Positions 37,690-47,280 of a DNA stretch of 64,000 nt are shown one piece after another. How positions within the stretch are numbered: the first letter of the stretch is position 1; each line of letters begins with the position of its first letter. Source of the stretch: Candidatus Melainabacteria bacterium 17Bon1m (GTDB lineage: Bacteria > Cyanobacteriota > Vampirovibrionia > Obscuribacterales > Obscuribacteraceae); the NCBI GenBank assembly GCA_032128875.1, contig JAVLKG010000003.1, forward strand, positions 225,008 to 289,007, in the 5' to 3' direction. The notes beneath the pieces were generated by a model. It had not been told where the DNA came from. It saw only the letters and a program-made list of their open reading frames with translations, and did not search any database. A program made the position numbers and the translations under genes.

Positions 37690-38970
37690 TCAATCGTTCC
37701 AGTTGATGAACGAAACTTCCAGCGGCTCGCCTTGATTTAGTTTTTCCAGCTTGGCGTCGAAATGCATCATCACATGCGCTTTCGCTAACCCGCTTAGCAT
37801 GTGAGACTCTTGTCCGCGAGTTGGGATGGCGGTGGTATTGCCGTTTTCGTCTTGCTTAAGAGTGCCCCTGACGAAGTCCAATCTGCCGGGACGCTTCTTC
37901 AGTGCAGAACCTGCGGTGAGTTTCAGGGTCTCGTTGCGGAAGAATGCTCCACCTGCCATCTTTCGGAGCGCCGGTTTCACAATTTGGTGGAAAGTAACCA
38001 GGACAGAGACGGGATTGCCAGGTAATCCGAAAACGTATTTGCGTCCCACGAACTTATGCTGGCCGTCCTGGTTGTCGCTGTCTTTGCTATCGTTGTTCTT
38101 TGCGTCTAGAACTCCGAAATATACAGGCTTTCCAGGTTTGATTGCAATGCGCCAAAAAACGGTTTTGAAGCCCAAGCCCTCGAGCGTTTCCTTTACGTAG
38201 TCATGGTCTCCGACAGATACACCGCCGGAGGAAATAACCATATCGCTTTCAGAAAGAGCTTTCTCGAACGCTTCTTTTGTTTCTTCTTTCGTGTCTCTCG
38301 CGATAAAACTCTTGCAGTCGTTAATGCCGAGCGCGTTTAACGCAGCAGTCAAACCGTATGCGTTCGAGTCATAAATCTGACCATCTTTGAGCGGATTGCC
38401 TGGTTCGACTAATTCGTCTCCTGTAACGACGAGCGCGACGCGTGGTTTTTTGAAGACAGAAAACTTGGTGTGTCCAAGCGAGGCTAGGAGCGCGACTACA
38501 GGGGGATTGGCTTTGATGCCTGCTTCGAGAACTGTTTCGCCTGTCTTGTATTCGTCGCCGGCTCTGCGAATGTTTTCGCCCGATTTTGCGCCACACTCGA
38601 TGTGAACGCTGCCATTTTCTTCTCGGCAGTATTCGCGCATAACGACGGCTTCGCAGGAAGTGGGGACGCGGGCTCCAGTGAAGATCTTGACTGTTTCCCC
38701 AGTGCTGATCTGCAGCTCTTTGGGAGAACCTGCAGCGATTGCGGAGACAAGTTTGAGTTGCTTGGGCGCCGCCTCAGAAACGTCAGCCAGATCGCTAACC
38801 TTTATACCGTAGCCGTCAACCGCGGAGTTGTCGAATTGTGGGCTGTTCATCGTCGCGACAACATCTTCAGCGAGATAGCATCCAGCCATTTCGCGGAGGG
38901 CGACTTCTGTCTTGCCTAAAGTCGACACATTCTCTTCGACCAGTTGTAGCGCTTCTTCGAAAGAAATCAT
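37690..38970 (-). CDS. moeA: Molybdopterin molybdotransferase
   Basis: FDNSAVDGY, IFTGA, TGDEL, IYDSN, SGGVSVGDHD, KPGKP, GLPGNPVS. Confidence 0.96.
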   Translation of the reverse strand: MISFEEALQLVEENVSTLGKTEVALREMAGCYLAEDVVATMNSPQFDNSAVDGYGIKVSDLADVSEAAPKQLKLVSAIAAGSPKELQISTGETVKIFTGARVPTSCEAVVMREYCREENGSVHIECGAKSGENIRRAGDEYKTGETVLEAGIKANPPVVALLASLGHTKFSVFKKPRVALVVTGDELVEPGNPLKDGQIYDSNAYGLTAALNALGINDCKSFIARDTKEETKEAFEKALSESDMVISSGGVSVGDHDYVKETLEGLGFKTVFWRIAIKPGKPVYFGVLDAKNNDSKDSDNQDGQHKFVGRKYVFGLPGNPVSVLVTFHQIVKPALRKMAGGAFFRNETLKLTAGSALKKRPGRLDFVRGTLKQDENGNTTAIPTRGQESHMLSGLAKAHVMMHFDAKLEKLNQGEPLEVSFINWND

Positions 38971-39012
38971 TGACGTTTTTACCAAAAGACTATGCCGGAT
39001 AAATCGCTTCAG

Positions 39013-39039
39013 CCGGGCGACGCATGGCGTCGTCCCTAC
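39013..39039 (-). repeat. REP-like palindrome, family A, whose GTAG contains the moaCB stop
   Basis: Minus strand GTAGGGACGACGC-CAT-GCGTCGCCCGG. Confidence 0.75.
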
Positions 39040-39992
39040 GCTTTGCCTTTTGCTTCTTGCAATTTTGGCTCGTCCTTTTTATCGTCGTGACACTCGTCAT
39101 TGAGCATTTTGAATGCGTGGAAGATGAATGGGAACAGCGCTGCCATGCCGTCTTTCACGCCTCCGGTAGAGCCCGGCAAAGTGATAATTACTGTTTTATC
39201 GCGAACTCCTGCGAGCGAGCGGGAGAACATCGCAAACGGATTTCTTTCTTGTCCGTATGCTCGCAAAGTCTCTGCAACACCAGGCAATTCGCGTTCGATC
39301 AAGTTCTTGATCGCTTCTGGCGTCGTATCGCGCGACGACAGTCCGGTACCGCCCGTGGTGATAAGCAAATCGACTTTTAACTCGTCGGACAAGCGAAGAA
39401 TTTCTTTCTTTGCCACTTCCGCATCGTCGGGGATAATCTTGTACTCGTCCACTGACAGCCCTTCTTCCTGAAGTTTGTCGACGATAATTCGCCCCGAAAT
39501 GTCTTGTTTCTTACCGGCTGCGCAAGAGTCGGAAAGAACAATAACCCCTGCTTTCAGAACGCCTGGGCGCTTGTTGCGGAAGTCGGACTTGCCGCCTTTC
39601 TTTTCGACAAGCAAAACCGCCTCGATCTGCATCAGTTCATCAACCATCTTGAGCATATCGTAGATTGTCAGAGCGGCTACGGATGCGGCTGTCAGTGCTT
39701 CCATCTCGACGCCAGTTTTGTAGATCGCTTTTACTGTCGTGACTATGTGAATGGCATCTTCGTCGAGTTCGAATTCGCATCCGACATAATCAACTGGCAT
39801 TGGATGGCAGTAAGGGATGATTTGCGAGGTGTTTTTCGCCGCCTGAATTGCTGCGACTTTCGCTACGGGGAGCGGATCGCCTTTTGGTCCTGTTCCGTTT
39901 TTGATGATCTTGATAGTCTCAGGGCTAGCTTTGAGCGTGGCTCGCGCTGTCGCAATTCTCAGGGTGTTTACTTTACTCGAAACGTCTCGCAT
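39036..39992 (-). CDS. moaCB: Bifunctional MoaC/MoaB(MogA) Moco biosynthesis protein
   Basis: MRDVSSK, IPYCHP, TGVEMEAL, YDMLK fused to TTGGTG...RDTTPEA, LPGS. Confidence 0.93.
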   Translation of the reverse strand: MRDVSSKVNTLRIATARATLKASPETIKIIKNGTGPKGDPLPVAKVAAIQAAKNTSQIIPYCHPMPVDYVGCEFELDEDAIHIVTTVKAIYKTGVEMEALTAASVAALTIYDMLKMVDELMQIEAVLLVEKKGGKSDFRNKRPGVLKAGVIVLSDSCAAGKKQDISGRIIVDKLQEEGLSVDEYKIIPDDAEVAKKEILRLSDELKVDLLITTGGTGLSSRDTTPEAIKNLIERELPGVAETLRAYGQERNPFAMFSRSLAGVRDKTVIITLPGSTGGVKDGMAALFPFIFHAFKMLNDECHDDKKDEPKLQEAKGKA

Positions 39993-40004
39993 TGTTTTTT
40001 CTCG

Positions 40005-40125
40005 TTGTTTCCTGGGAGCGCCGGCAGCTCGCCGGCTTCGGGGGTTGGTTTCCTGGGAGCGCCGGCAGCTCGCCGGCTTCGGTGGTTGGTTTCCTGGGAG
40101 CGCCGGCGGCTCGCCGGCTTCGGGT
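40005..40125 (+). repeat. Three tandem 41-bp REP-like units (family B)
   Basis: CCTGGGAGCGCCGGC(A/G)GCTCGCCGGCTTCGG at 40011, 40052 and 40093. Confidence 0.9.
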
Positions 40126-40139
40126 TTTTCTCTTCACTG

Positions 40140-40166
40140 CGGGCAGCGCATGGCGCCGCCCATACG
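40140..40166 (-). repeat. REP-like palindrome, family A
   Basis: Minus strand GTATGGGCGGCGC-CAT-GCGCTGCCCG. Confidence 0.65.
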
Positions 40167-40171
40167 AATTC

Positions 40172-41206
40172 TTAGCCGCCTATCTCAATCATGGTCCGAT
40201 TGTCGGACTGCGAAAGCTCTTCAGCGGGTGCGTGCGCTTCCGGTTTAAGCGACAGCGAATAGCGAATCATCTCTTCAACTTCCGCATCTGTTGCGCCTTC
40301 TCTCATCTTGTCGCGCAAGTTGATTTCGGCAGGATAGAACAAGCACGATTTGACAGAACCATCTGCTGTCAATCTCAGGCGATTGCATGTCGAGCAAAAG
40401 CTATCCGACATCGAGGTGATAAAACTCACCGTTCCTTTTCCTTGCTTGCCGCTCTCATCTGTTAGAGCGAAATCCTTACCGACAGCCGACGGATCAGCAG
40501 AAAGAGAGGTGAGTTTGTACTTGCTCTCGATCGTTTGCATCATGTCTTTGTAGGTGACAACTTTTTCTATATTCCATTCGTTGTCTTTGAAAGGCATGAA
40601 TTCTATGAAGCGGACATTGATTCTGTTTTCAAAAGCGAAGTCGACGAAATCCAACAGTTCATCATCATTGAAGCCTGCCATCACCACTGAATTCAATTTC
40701 AATTCTTCAAAGTTTTCAGCCAGAGCAGATTGTATTCCGCGCCAAACTTGGTCAAATTGATCTCGTCTTGTCACCTGAAGAAATCGATCTTTCTTCAGTG
40801 TGTCGAGGCTGATGTTGAGCGCTTTGATGCCATTTTCTTTCAGGACTTTGGCCTTGTCGCCAAGCAAGGTGGCGTTGGTTGTCATCGCTAATGTCTTCAA
40901 GCCTTCGAGGCGAGCGAGGCGATAGACAAGCTTTTCTATGTCTCGACGAACCATTGGTTCTCCGCCTGTCAGGCGGATCTTGGTGATTCCCCGTTTGACC
41001 ATGATCGCCGCAACGCGCTCGATTTCTTCAAAAGTCAAAAGCTCTTTCTTTTGCCGATAGACGATCCCTTCTGCGGGCATGCAGTATGCGCAGCGTAAAT
41101 TGCAGCGATCTGTTACTGAGATTCGCAGATAGGTATGTACTCGCTGAAACCCGTCCACGAGAGCGTCTTTGTTCAAAAGCTTGATAGGTGAATCCGAAGG
41201 TATCAT
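40172..41206 (-). CDS. moaA: GTP 3',8-cyclase (radical SAM)
   Basis: YLRISVTDRCNLRCAYC, TGGEP, FCSTCNRLR...SCL, C-terminal IGG. Confidence 0.97.
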   Translation of the reverse strand: MIPSDSPIKLLNKDALVDGFQRVHTYLRISVTDRCNLRCAYCMPAEGIVYRQKKELLTFEEIERVAAIMVKRGITKIRLTGGEPMVRRDIEKLVYRLARLEGLKTLAMTTNATLLGDKAKVLKENGIKALNISLDTLKKDRFLQVTRRDQFDQVWRGIQSALAENFEELKLNSVVMAGFNDDELLDFVDFAFENRINVRFIEFMPFKDNEWNIEKVVTYKDMMQTIESKYKLTSLSADPSAVGKDFALTDESGKQGKGTVSFITSMSDSFCSTCNRLRLTADGSVKSCLFYPAEINLRDKMREGATDAEVEEMIRYSLSLKPEAHAPAEELSQSDNRTMIEIGG

Positions 41207-41766
41207 GACTTTGCACCTTTGGATTTTGTTGTGGTCAGATCAGAGCGTTTTTCAGCTTGATGAACATGTCCATTGCACTGTTCATGTTCACTCTCTGGTT
41301 CGTGCTTGTCTTTACTTGCGTGCGTCTGCCCCTGTCCATGCCCGTGCGCGCAGTTCACCCATGATGTCGTACCATCAGCGTAAGTTTCACGCTTCCAGAT
41401 CGGAACACGTTTTTTGATCTCGTTGATGATGAATTCACAAGCTATAAAAGCTTCTTTTCTGTGCGCCGACGAAACCATCACAACCACCGCCAATTCCCCA
41501 ATCTTGAGTGGTCCTGTTCTGTGTACGCAACATGCTTTCAGAATGTCAAACTGGCGCGCTTCCTCGAGAATGCGCTGCCCTTCTTTGACAGCCAACTCTT
41601 CATACGCTTCGTACTCGAGCGCAGTCACTTCTTTGCCTTCGTTGTTTTCGCGCACCCAGCCTTCGAAAGCAACAAAGCCACCGGCTTCAGGCGTGCTCAC
41701 CTGGCACTTGAGCACAGCCAAATCAATCGCGGTATTCGAGATGGAAAACGTCACATCACCCACCAT
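41203..41766 (-). CDS. moaE: Molybdopterin synthase catalytic subunit with His-rich tail
   Basis: FEGWVR, LEYEAY, HRTG, SAHR, VPIWKRE. Confidence 0.93.
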   Translation of the reverse strand: MVGDVTFSISNTAIDLAVLKCQVSTPEAGGFVAFEGWVRENNEGKEVTALEYEAYEELAVKEGQRILEEARQFDILKACCVHRTGPLKIGELAVVVMVSSAHRKEAFIACEFIINEIKKRVPIWKRETYADGTTSWVNCAHGHGQGQTHASKDKHEPESEHEQCNGHVHQAEKRSDLTTTKSKGAKS

Positions 41767-41770
41767 GCAC

Positions 41771-42028
41771 CTATCCGCCCGCGACTGGCGGTATGAAAAC
41801 AACTTTGTCGCTTTCGCTTAGAGTTTTGCTCCAGTCTGCGAATTCGTCATTGAGCGCGACTGCCACTGATGAGTGTTTTAGCGAAAAGCCGTATTGCTTT
41901 TGCAACTCTTCGTACAGTTCCAAAACCGTTGTGCACTCTGTCTGTAATTTCTCGCTAGCCAAGCCGCGCTGCTCTTTGAGCAGTGCGAAGTAATCCACGC
42001 GGACCGTCTTGCTGTTACTTGCTGACAA
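41771..42028 (-). CDS. moaD: Molybdopterin synthase sulfur carrier
   Basis: VDYFALLKE...FIPPVAGG C-terminus; TTG start is uncertain. Confidence 0.9.
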   Translation of the reverse strand: MSASNSKTVRVDYFALLKEQRGLASEKLQTECTTVLELYEELQKQYGFSLKHSSVAVALNDEFADWSKTLSESDKVVFIPPVAGG

Positions 42029-42179
42029 GTGCGCCAATGCCTCTTTACCCGGGCTTTTCAGTCTGATTCTCGCATATGCGGAGGCTATTGTCATTGCTGC
42101 CGCGTTGCCGTTTAACAACTCCGAAATGAGCCGCGACTATTGTGACCGTAGAACCGCCAGAACGGATGAGGACGTCGGC

Positions 42180-43694
42180 ATGACAATGAGAGCGAAAGTG
42201 GCGTCGGAGTGTGAGACGCCGCTCTACAAGCAACTCGAAGAGTCGATTATTGCCGATATCGTCGCTGGGCGCCTTAAGCCCGGCGACGTCGTTCCGTCCA
42301 CGTATACTTTGGCTGAGCAGCATGGCATTTCACGCGTGACGGCTGTGCGTTGCTATGAGGAGCTTAAGGGGCGTGGATATCTGACCGCGCGCCGCGGCGG
42401 CTCAACTATTGTCAATCCTGGGCTGGTTTTGACCGGTGGTGGAAGGTTGCAGTCGTTTGAACCAGATGAGCAAGAATCTGGTCGCTTTGACAACCGCCTG
42501 GGTGAGTTGTTGCTGAAGCCTCCGGCTCAGATACTTCCAACCAAAGCCTGGATGAAGGCGATGCAGGCGGTTTGCGAGAGTAATGCGGCGGAATATTCTG
42601 GTGGCGCTGAGAGGCGCATTGCGCCACGCTTGCGCTCTGCCGTGGCGGCTTTTTTGATGAGGATGCGTGGTCTGTCTGTCTATCCGCGCAACATTCTTGT
42701 ATTTGACTCGAAGTGGCAGGCATTGGCGTTTGTTGCGGAAAACTTTCTCGAAGTGGGTGACACGGTTGCGGTGGAAAACCCCGGAGAGCCGCTGTTTGTC
42801 CATGAGTTTTCGCGTCGAGCGTTGCAGTTAAAACTAATGCCAATCGACAGAGAGGGCGCTGTAATCGAACATCTTGAGCCTCGCTGTGGCGCGAGGTTGA
42901 TTGCTGTGAGTCCTTCGGCGCACTTTCCTACAGGCGTTATCATGTCTGAGCGAAGGCGCCAACAATTGGCTCGCTACGCGGGGAATAACGAAGCAATAAT
43001 TCTTGAGGATGATGGCTATGCCCTCTTGCGCTTCGGAAAACAACCGGAACCGTCCCTCTACAACAAGTTTAAAGATGCTCTCCATCTGGGCTCTTTTGGC
43101 ACTTATCTCGGCCACTTGTGCCAACTCTCTTATCTTGTCGTGCCGGATCATTTACTCGAAAGGCTGGCTCCCCGTCTCGATGAGAGAGCGTTTAGCCTGC
43201 CCACATTTGTTCATCTTGCGCTTGCAAGCATGCTGGAATCAAGCGCTCTCGAATTGGCGATCTTCAAGCAGCGTGCGACATTGCAGAAGCAAAGGCAGGA
43301 GATTTTGTCGGTTTTGGTCAATGAATTCAAAGACATATTGTCAGTGAATGCCGGATCGACCGGGTGTGATTTGCTGCTGCGGTTTCATTCGCATCTTTCT
43401 AAAGAGCTGGTTCTTCAAGCTCTGGATGCTTGTAGGATTGAACGCAGTTCGCTTGAACGATGCTATGCAGAGTTCGCAGATGCTCAGCGTGTTGAAATAC
43501 TTTTGCCATTGATTGGGTGGCATGACCCTTTGGGCAACTCTGTGGACAAATTACTGGCTGTAAAACGGCATCTGGCGATGTGCGATATTCCGTCGAACTC
43601 TTTGTCTGATGTTTCCCCCAGCGCACCCATCGCTGATTTCTTCGTTACATCAACGCAATTTCAAAGTCCGAGTTTAATGTACACCGGGCAGTAA
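42180..43694 (+). CDS. MocR/GabR-family regulator (GntR wHTH + aminotransferase-like domain)
   Basis: LYKQL...LKPGDVVPSTYTLA...SRVTA, VENPG, HFPTG, ILEDDG. Confidence 0.9.
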   Translation: MTMRAKVASECETPLYKQLEESIIADIVAGRLKPGDVVPSTYTLAEQHGISRVTAVRCYEELKGRGYLTARRGGSTIVNPGLVLTGGGRLQSFEPDEQESGRFDNRLGELLLKPPAQILPTKAWMKAMQAVCESNAAEYSGGAERRIAPRLRSAVAAFLMRMRGLSVYPRNILVFDSKWQALAFVAENFLEVGDTVAVENPGEPLFVHEFSRRALQLKLMPIDREGAVIEHLEPRCGARLIAVSPSAHFPTGVIMSERRRQQLARYAGNNEAIILEDDGYALLRFGKQPEPSLYNKFKDALHLGSFGTYLGHLCQLSYLVVPDHLLERLAPRLDERAFSLPTFVHLALASMLESSALELAIFKQRATLQKQRQEILSVLVNEFKDILSVNAGSTGCDLLLRFHSHLSKELVLQALDACRIERSSLERCYAEFADAQRVEILLPLIGWHDPLGNSVDKLLAVKRHLAMCDIPSNSLSDVSPSAPIADFFVTSTQFQSPSLMYTGQ

Positions 43695-43756
43695 TAAATC
43701 CCATCGAAGCTGGTAGAGTGTTGCTCTTCGCCAGACTTCTGCATGAGGATTTCAAC

Positions 43757-45754
43757 ATGTCAGTTGAGAAAAGACCTTTTGGTTCGTGGACTTCGCCCCT
43801 CGCCGCGTCGCAAATTGCCGCGGGAGTGATTAAGGTGGGTCAGCCTCAGTGGGATGGTGATGACCTGTACTGGCTAGAAGGTCGACCGCTCGAAGGTGGG
43901 CGCAACGTCATCGTGAGGCGCTCCGCATCCGGCGAAGTCGAAGACATGTTGCATGCGCCATTCAATGCGCGCACTCGTGTTCATGAATATGGCGGCGGCG
44001 ATTACATGGTGGTCGATGGAACGATTTACTTCTCCAACTTCGAAGACCAGCAGATTTACATGTCGAAAGCGGGCGCGCTGCCCACATTCCTGGCAGGCAA
44101 CAAGAGCACTCGCTTTGCCGATTACAATTTTGACCGCAAAAGAAAACTTGTTTTCTGCGTGATGGAAACACATGGAGCAACAGAGCATGATGTCACCAAT
44201 ACTGTTGTTTCGATCAGCGAGAAGGGCAAGATTGCTCAAATCGCTGGTGGCTCGGACTTCTACATGTCACCTCGCGTTAGTCCGGATGGACGCTTTGTTT
44301 GCTACGTTCAGTGGAACCATCCAAACATGCCATGGGATGAGAGCGAGCTTTATCTTGCGGAACTCGATGCGGAAGGAAAAGTTTCCAGAGTCGAGCGAGT
44401 CGCAGGAGGTAAGGATTTATCAGTGTCTTCACCTCAATGGGGGCATGACGGCACTCTATATTTCGTAAGCGAGGAAACCGGATTTTGGAACCTGCACAAA
44501 ATTGATGCGGAAGATTTGAAAGATTCCGTTAGCAAAGATCTTTATGCGAAAGCAGCAATCGTTCTGAAGGAACAGCGCGAACATGCTTTGCCCGCTTGGG
44601 TTTTTGGCATGTCCAACTATGCTCCTCTAAAGGATGGCAATGTTCTTCTCTCTGCGAACGATCGCGGGACGTGGGAGCTTGTTCTTTTGGAGCAAGATGG
44701 AAAAGGCGGAATGAAACCTTTGCGAATCAACTCGCCCTATGCCAATTTCGCATACGTGAAGGCGGGCAACAAGCAGGCGGCGATGTGCGCTGGATCGCCC
44801 GATGCATTTTCTGCACTAGTTTCATTCGACTTGAAAGAACATACTCTTAAGGTCGAACGTGCGACAACTGAAATGTCCGTGGACAAAAAATACATTTCAA
44901 AACCACAGACGATTGAATTCAAAACTGAAGATAACAAGACGGCCTTCGCGTTCTTCTATCCGCCAAAGAACGATGACTTTGAAGCACCGGCTGGCGAATT
45001 GCCGCCATTGATCGTGTTTAGTCATGGTGGACCCACCGGTCAAACTTCGAATGATCTTCGACTTTCAATTCAATATTGGACAAGTCGTGGTTTCGCAATT
45101 GTTGATGTGAATTACGGTGGCAGCACTGGCTTTGGCCGTGAGTACCGCGAGCGACTCAAGAAGAGCTGGGGTATCGTCGATATGCATGACTGCGAAAATG
45201 CAGCTCGCTACCTTGCAGGCAAGGGTTTGGTCGACAAAGACAGAATGGCAATTGCTGGGGGCAGCGCTGGCGGTTATACAACTCTCTGCGCGCTTACCTT
45301 CGGCGACGTTTTCCGCGCGGGCGCGAGTCACTTTGGTGTGAGCGATTTGGAAGCTTTGGCACTTGATACTCACAAGTTTGAATCGCGCTATCTCGATCGC
45401 CTGGTGGGAGATTACCCCGCCGATAAGGAAACCTACATCGCGCGCTCGCCAATTCATCATACGGATAAGCTTTCCTGCCCGATCATTTTCTTGCAAGGAA
45501 CAGAGGACAAGGTTGTTCCGCCATCGCAATCTGAGGCTATGGTAGATGCTCTTAAAGCAAAGAAACTTCCTGTTGCCTATGTTCTCTTCGAGGGTGAACA
45601 GCACGGTTTCCGCCAAGCGAAGAACATCGCGCGTGCGCTCGAAGCAGAGTTGTATTTTTACTCTCGCGTGTTTGATTTCGAACTCGGCAATCCTGTCGAG
45701 CCGGTCGAAATTGTCAACGAAGATGCTTTGCGCAAGGTGAGTAGTAGCCGCTAG
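43757..45754 (+). CDS. S9 family peptidase (acylaminoacyl/dipeptidyl peptidase-like)
   Basis: HGGPT, VNYGGSTGFG, GGSAGG, QGTEDKVV, EQHGF. Confidence 0.93.
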   Translation: MSVEKRPFGSWTSPLAASQIAAGVIKVGQPQWDGDDLYWLEGRPLEGGRNVIVRRSASGEVEDMLHAPFNARTRVHEYGGGDYMVVDGTIYFSNFEDQQIYMSKAGALPTFLAGNKSTRFADYNFDRKRKLVFCVMETHGATEHDVTNTVVSISEKGKIAQIAGGSDFYMSPRVSPDGRFVCYVQWNHPNMPWDESELYLAELDAEGKVSRVERVAGGKDLSVSSPQWGHDGTLYFVSEETGFWNLHKIDAEDLKDSVSKDLYAKAAIVLKEQREHALPAWVFGMSNYAPLKDGNVLLSANDRGTWELVLLEQDGKGGMKPLRINSPYANFAYVKAGNKQAAMCAGSPDAFSALVSFDLKEHTLKVERATTEMSVDKKYISKPQTIEFKTEDNKTAFAFFYPPKNDDFEAPAGELPPLIVFSHGGPTGQTSNDLRLSIQYWTSRGFAIVDVNYGGSTGFGREYRERLKKSWGIVDMHDCENAARYLAGKGLVDKDRMAIAGGSAGGYTTLCALTFGDVFRAGASHFGVSDLEALALDTHKFESRYLDRLVGDYPADKETYIARSPIHHTDKLSCPIIFLQGTEDKVVPPSQSEAMVDALKAKKLPVAYVLFEGEQHGFRQAKNIARALEAELYFYSRVFDFELGNPVEPVEIVNEDALRKVSSSR

Positions 45755-45770
45755 TGAGGCAGAGCAAGAG

Positions 45771-47048
45771 GTGTTTAACGTTCGGCGAAAAAATACTTTG
45801 TTCGTGTGCGTCTGGAGCGTTTTCTTTTGGGCCGAGTCTGCTCTGTTCGCAGTTGATATGAAAGTCGAGAAAACACAGACAAAAAACATAGATAGCCTTT
45901 CCCGCAGCGCCAGTGGGGACGACAAAAGTAGCGTAGATAGACGTGTAATGCTCGTTGTCGAGAATCTGATGACGATGGGAAGGTATCAGCGTGCAGCTAT
46001 CGTTCTAAAAAAAGAACATGATTGCTTTACTAACCAGGCGATTTTTTTGCCTTACCTGATTAATTTGTATGCATCGCGTGACTATAGAGCGCTTATCCAA
46101 GCCTGCGATCAATGGCTAAAAGCAAACTCTACTCGTCCTTCCAAGTTTGACAGCGTCGTGTACGAGTTCATGGGAACGATTTACACGGAAGGCGAGTGGT
46201 ATGAGAAAGCGCGGGAAGCTTTTGATAAAGCCACTGCAATTGATCCTCGCGATCGCATCGCCAAGTCTAGAGAAGAGTGCGATTTGGGATGTAACAGGGC
46301 GCAAACTGGTTCTGATGCGTCTAGTAGTTCTATTCGGCGTTCGGCAGGTCTTGAGTCCGATTTGAATATGTTGATAGCCCAGCAGTGCATTATTCCTGCG
46401 GTAGAAACCATGCTGCAGTCTGATTCTAATGCATCCAAAATTAGCGTCTCGACGCGCGACTACGTCACGCGCGCGGAAGAGTTTGAGAATCTTGGGGAAT
46501 TTAGAAAAGCTAAAACCTTGTATGCGCGGGCATCTAAGAATAGTGATTTCGATGCTTCAATGTGGAATGAATATGCTCTTTGTTTTTTCACTGTGATCGG
46601 AACTGAAGCCCAAGCAAAAGACGACAAGAAGCTTGAGCCAAATAAGAACAGTCGAACACAACTATCCAAGCGTTTAGCAATGCAAGCTACCCGCCCTATA
46701 GACTGGCAGAACGCCTTAAAAAAAGCCGGTCGCCACGGCAAACCTGGAGCGCAAGCGCGTTCGGAGATCATAGATTACTTTCCCGCTGAAATCCATGAAC
46801 TCAGGAAAGTACAAGAATTTCTAGATAGGGCAATTTCTTTGGATAAGGATGATTGGCGTATTTGGAGCAATCTTGGATTGGTGCGGTACAGTCTCGGTGA
46901 GAACGAGCTTGCTATGGAGGCACTCGACAAGGCTCTTGCGTTTAAGGAGATCACCGTAGGTCAGCGGTATGCAATTGGAAAGAGAAAGTCATTCATTAGG
47001 CGTAGAGACTTACTCAAGCAGCGTTTTAGCGACCGAGTCGAAGAGTAA
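45771..47048 (+). CDS. TPR protein, possibly exported
   Basis: TPR motifs (IWSNLGLVRYSLGENELAMEALDKAL). Confidence 0.7.
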   Translation: MFNVRRKNTLFVCVWSVFFWAESALFAVDMKVEKTQTKNIDSLSRSASGDDKSSVDRRVMLVVENLMTMGRYQRAAIVLKKEHDCFTNQAIFLPYLINLYASRDYRALIQACDQWLKANSTRPSKFDSVVYEFMGTIYTEGEWYEKAREAFDKATAIDPRDRIAKSREECDLGCNRAQTGSDASSSSIRRSAGLESDLNMLIAQQCIIPAVETMLQSDSNASKISVSTRDYVTRAEEFENLGEFRKAKTLYARASKNSDFDASMWNEYALCFFTVIGTEAQAKDDKKLEPNKNSRTQLSKRLAMQATRPIDWQNALKKAGRHGKPGAQARSEIIDYFPAEIHELRKVQEFLDRAISLDKDDWRIWSNLGLVRYSLGENELAMEALDKALAFKEITVGQRYAIGKRKSFIRRRDLLKQRFSDRVEE

Positions 47049-47065
47049 AAGAAAACCATTGGTTG

Positions 47066-47272
47066 TTACTCAACCTTGAACATTTTGCGAGCTTTCTTGA
47101 GATTGTCTTCGTCGAGCCACTCTTCAGTGAAGCCGCAAGATAGGCATAGATAGCGCGTGATGAAAGCTTTCGCAGAAAATATCTCAATCTGCAGACAAGC
47201 GCCATCGATAGATGCGCCTGCACTTACGTCCCGCATTTCGGTGGAACATTTAGAACACTTTTTATCGCTCAC
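47066..47272 (-). CDS. Small zinc-ribbon protein
   Basis: CSKC...CLSCGFTE. Confidence 0.65.
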   Translation of the reverse strand: MSDKKCSKCSTEMRDVSAGASIDGACLQIEIFSAKAFITRYLCLSCGFTEEWLDEDNLKKARKMFKVE

Positions 47273-47280
47273 GATTTCGC

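Noticed and set aside
40005-40125. CRISPR array
   Set aside because: Units are contiguous 41-bp tandem copies with no unique spacers, and there are no cas genes.
39992-40465. 157-aa ORF with repeated VSWERRQLAGFG
   Set aside because: It is the translation of the REP array and antisense moaA.
42029-42179. Moco riboswitch upstream of moaD
   Set aside because: No recognisable Moco RNA motif; the region is short and shared with a divergent promoter.
45065-45925. Long antisense ORFs (this one and many similar in the track)
   Set aside because: They are shadows of well-supported genes on the opposite strand.
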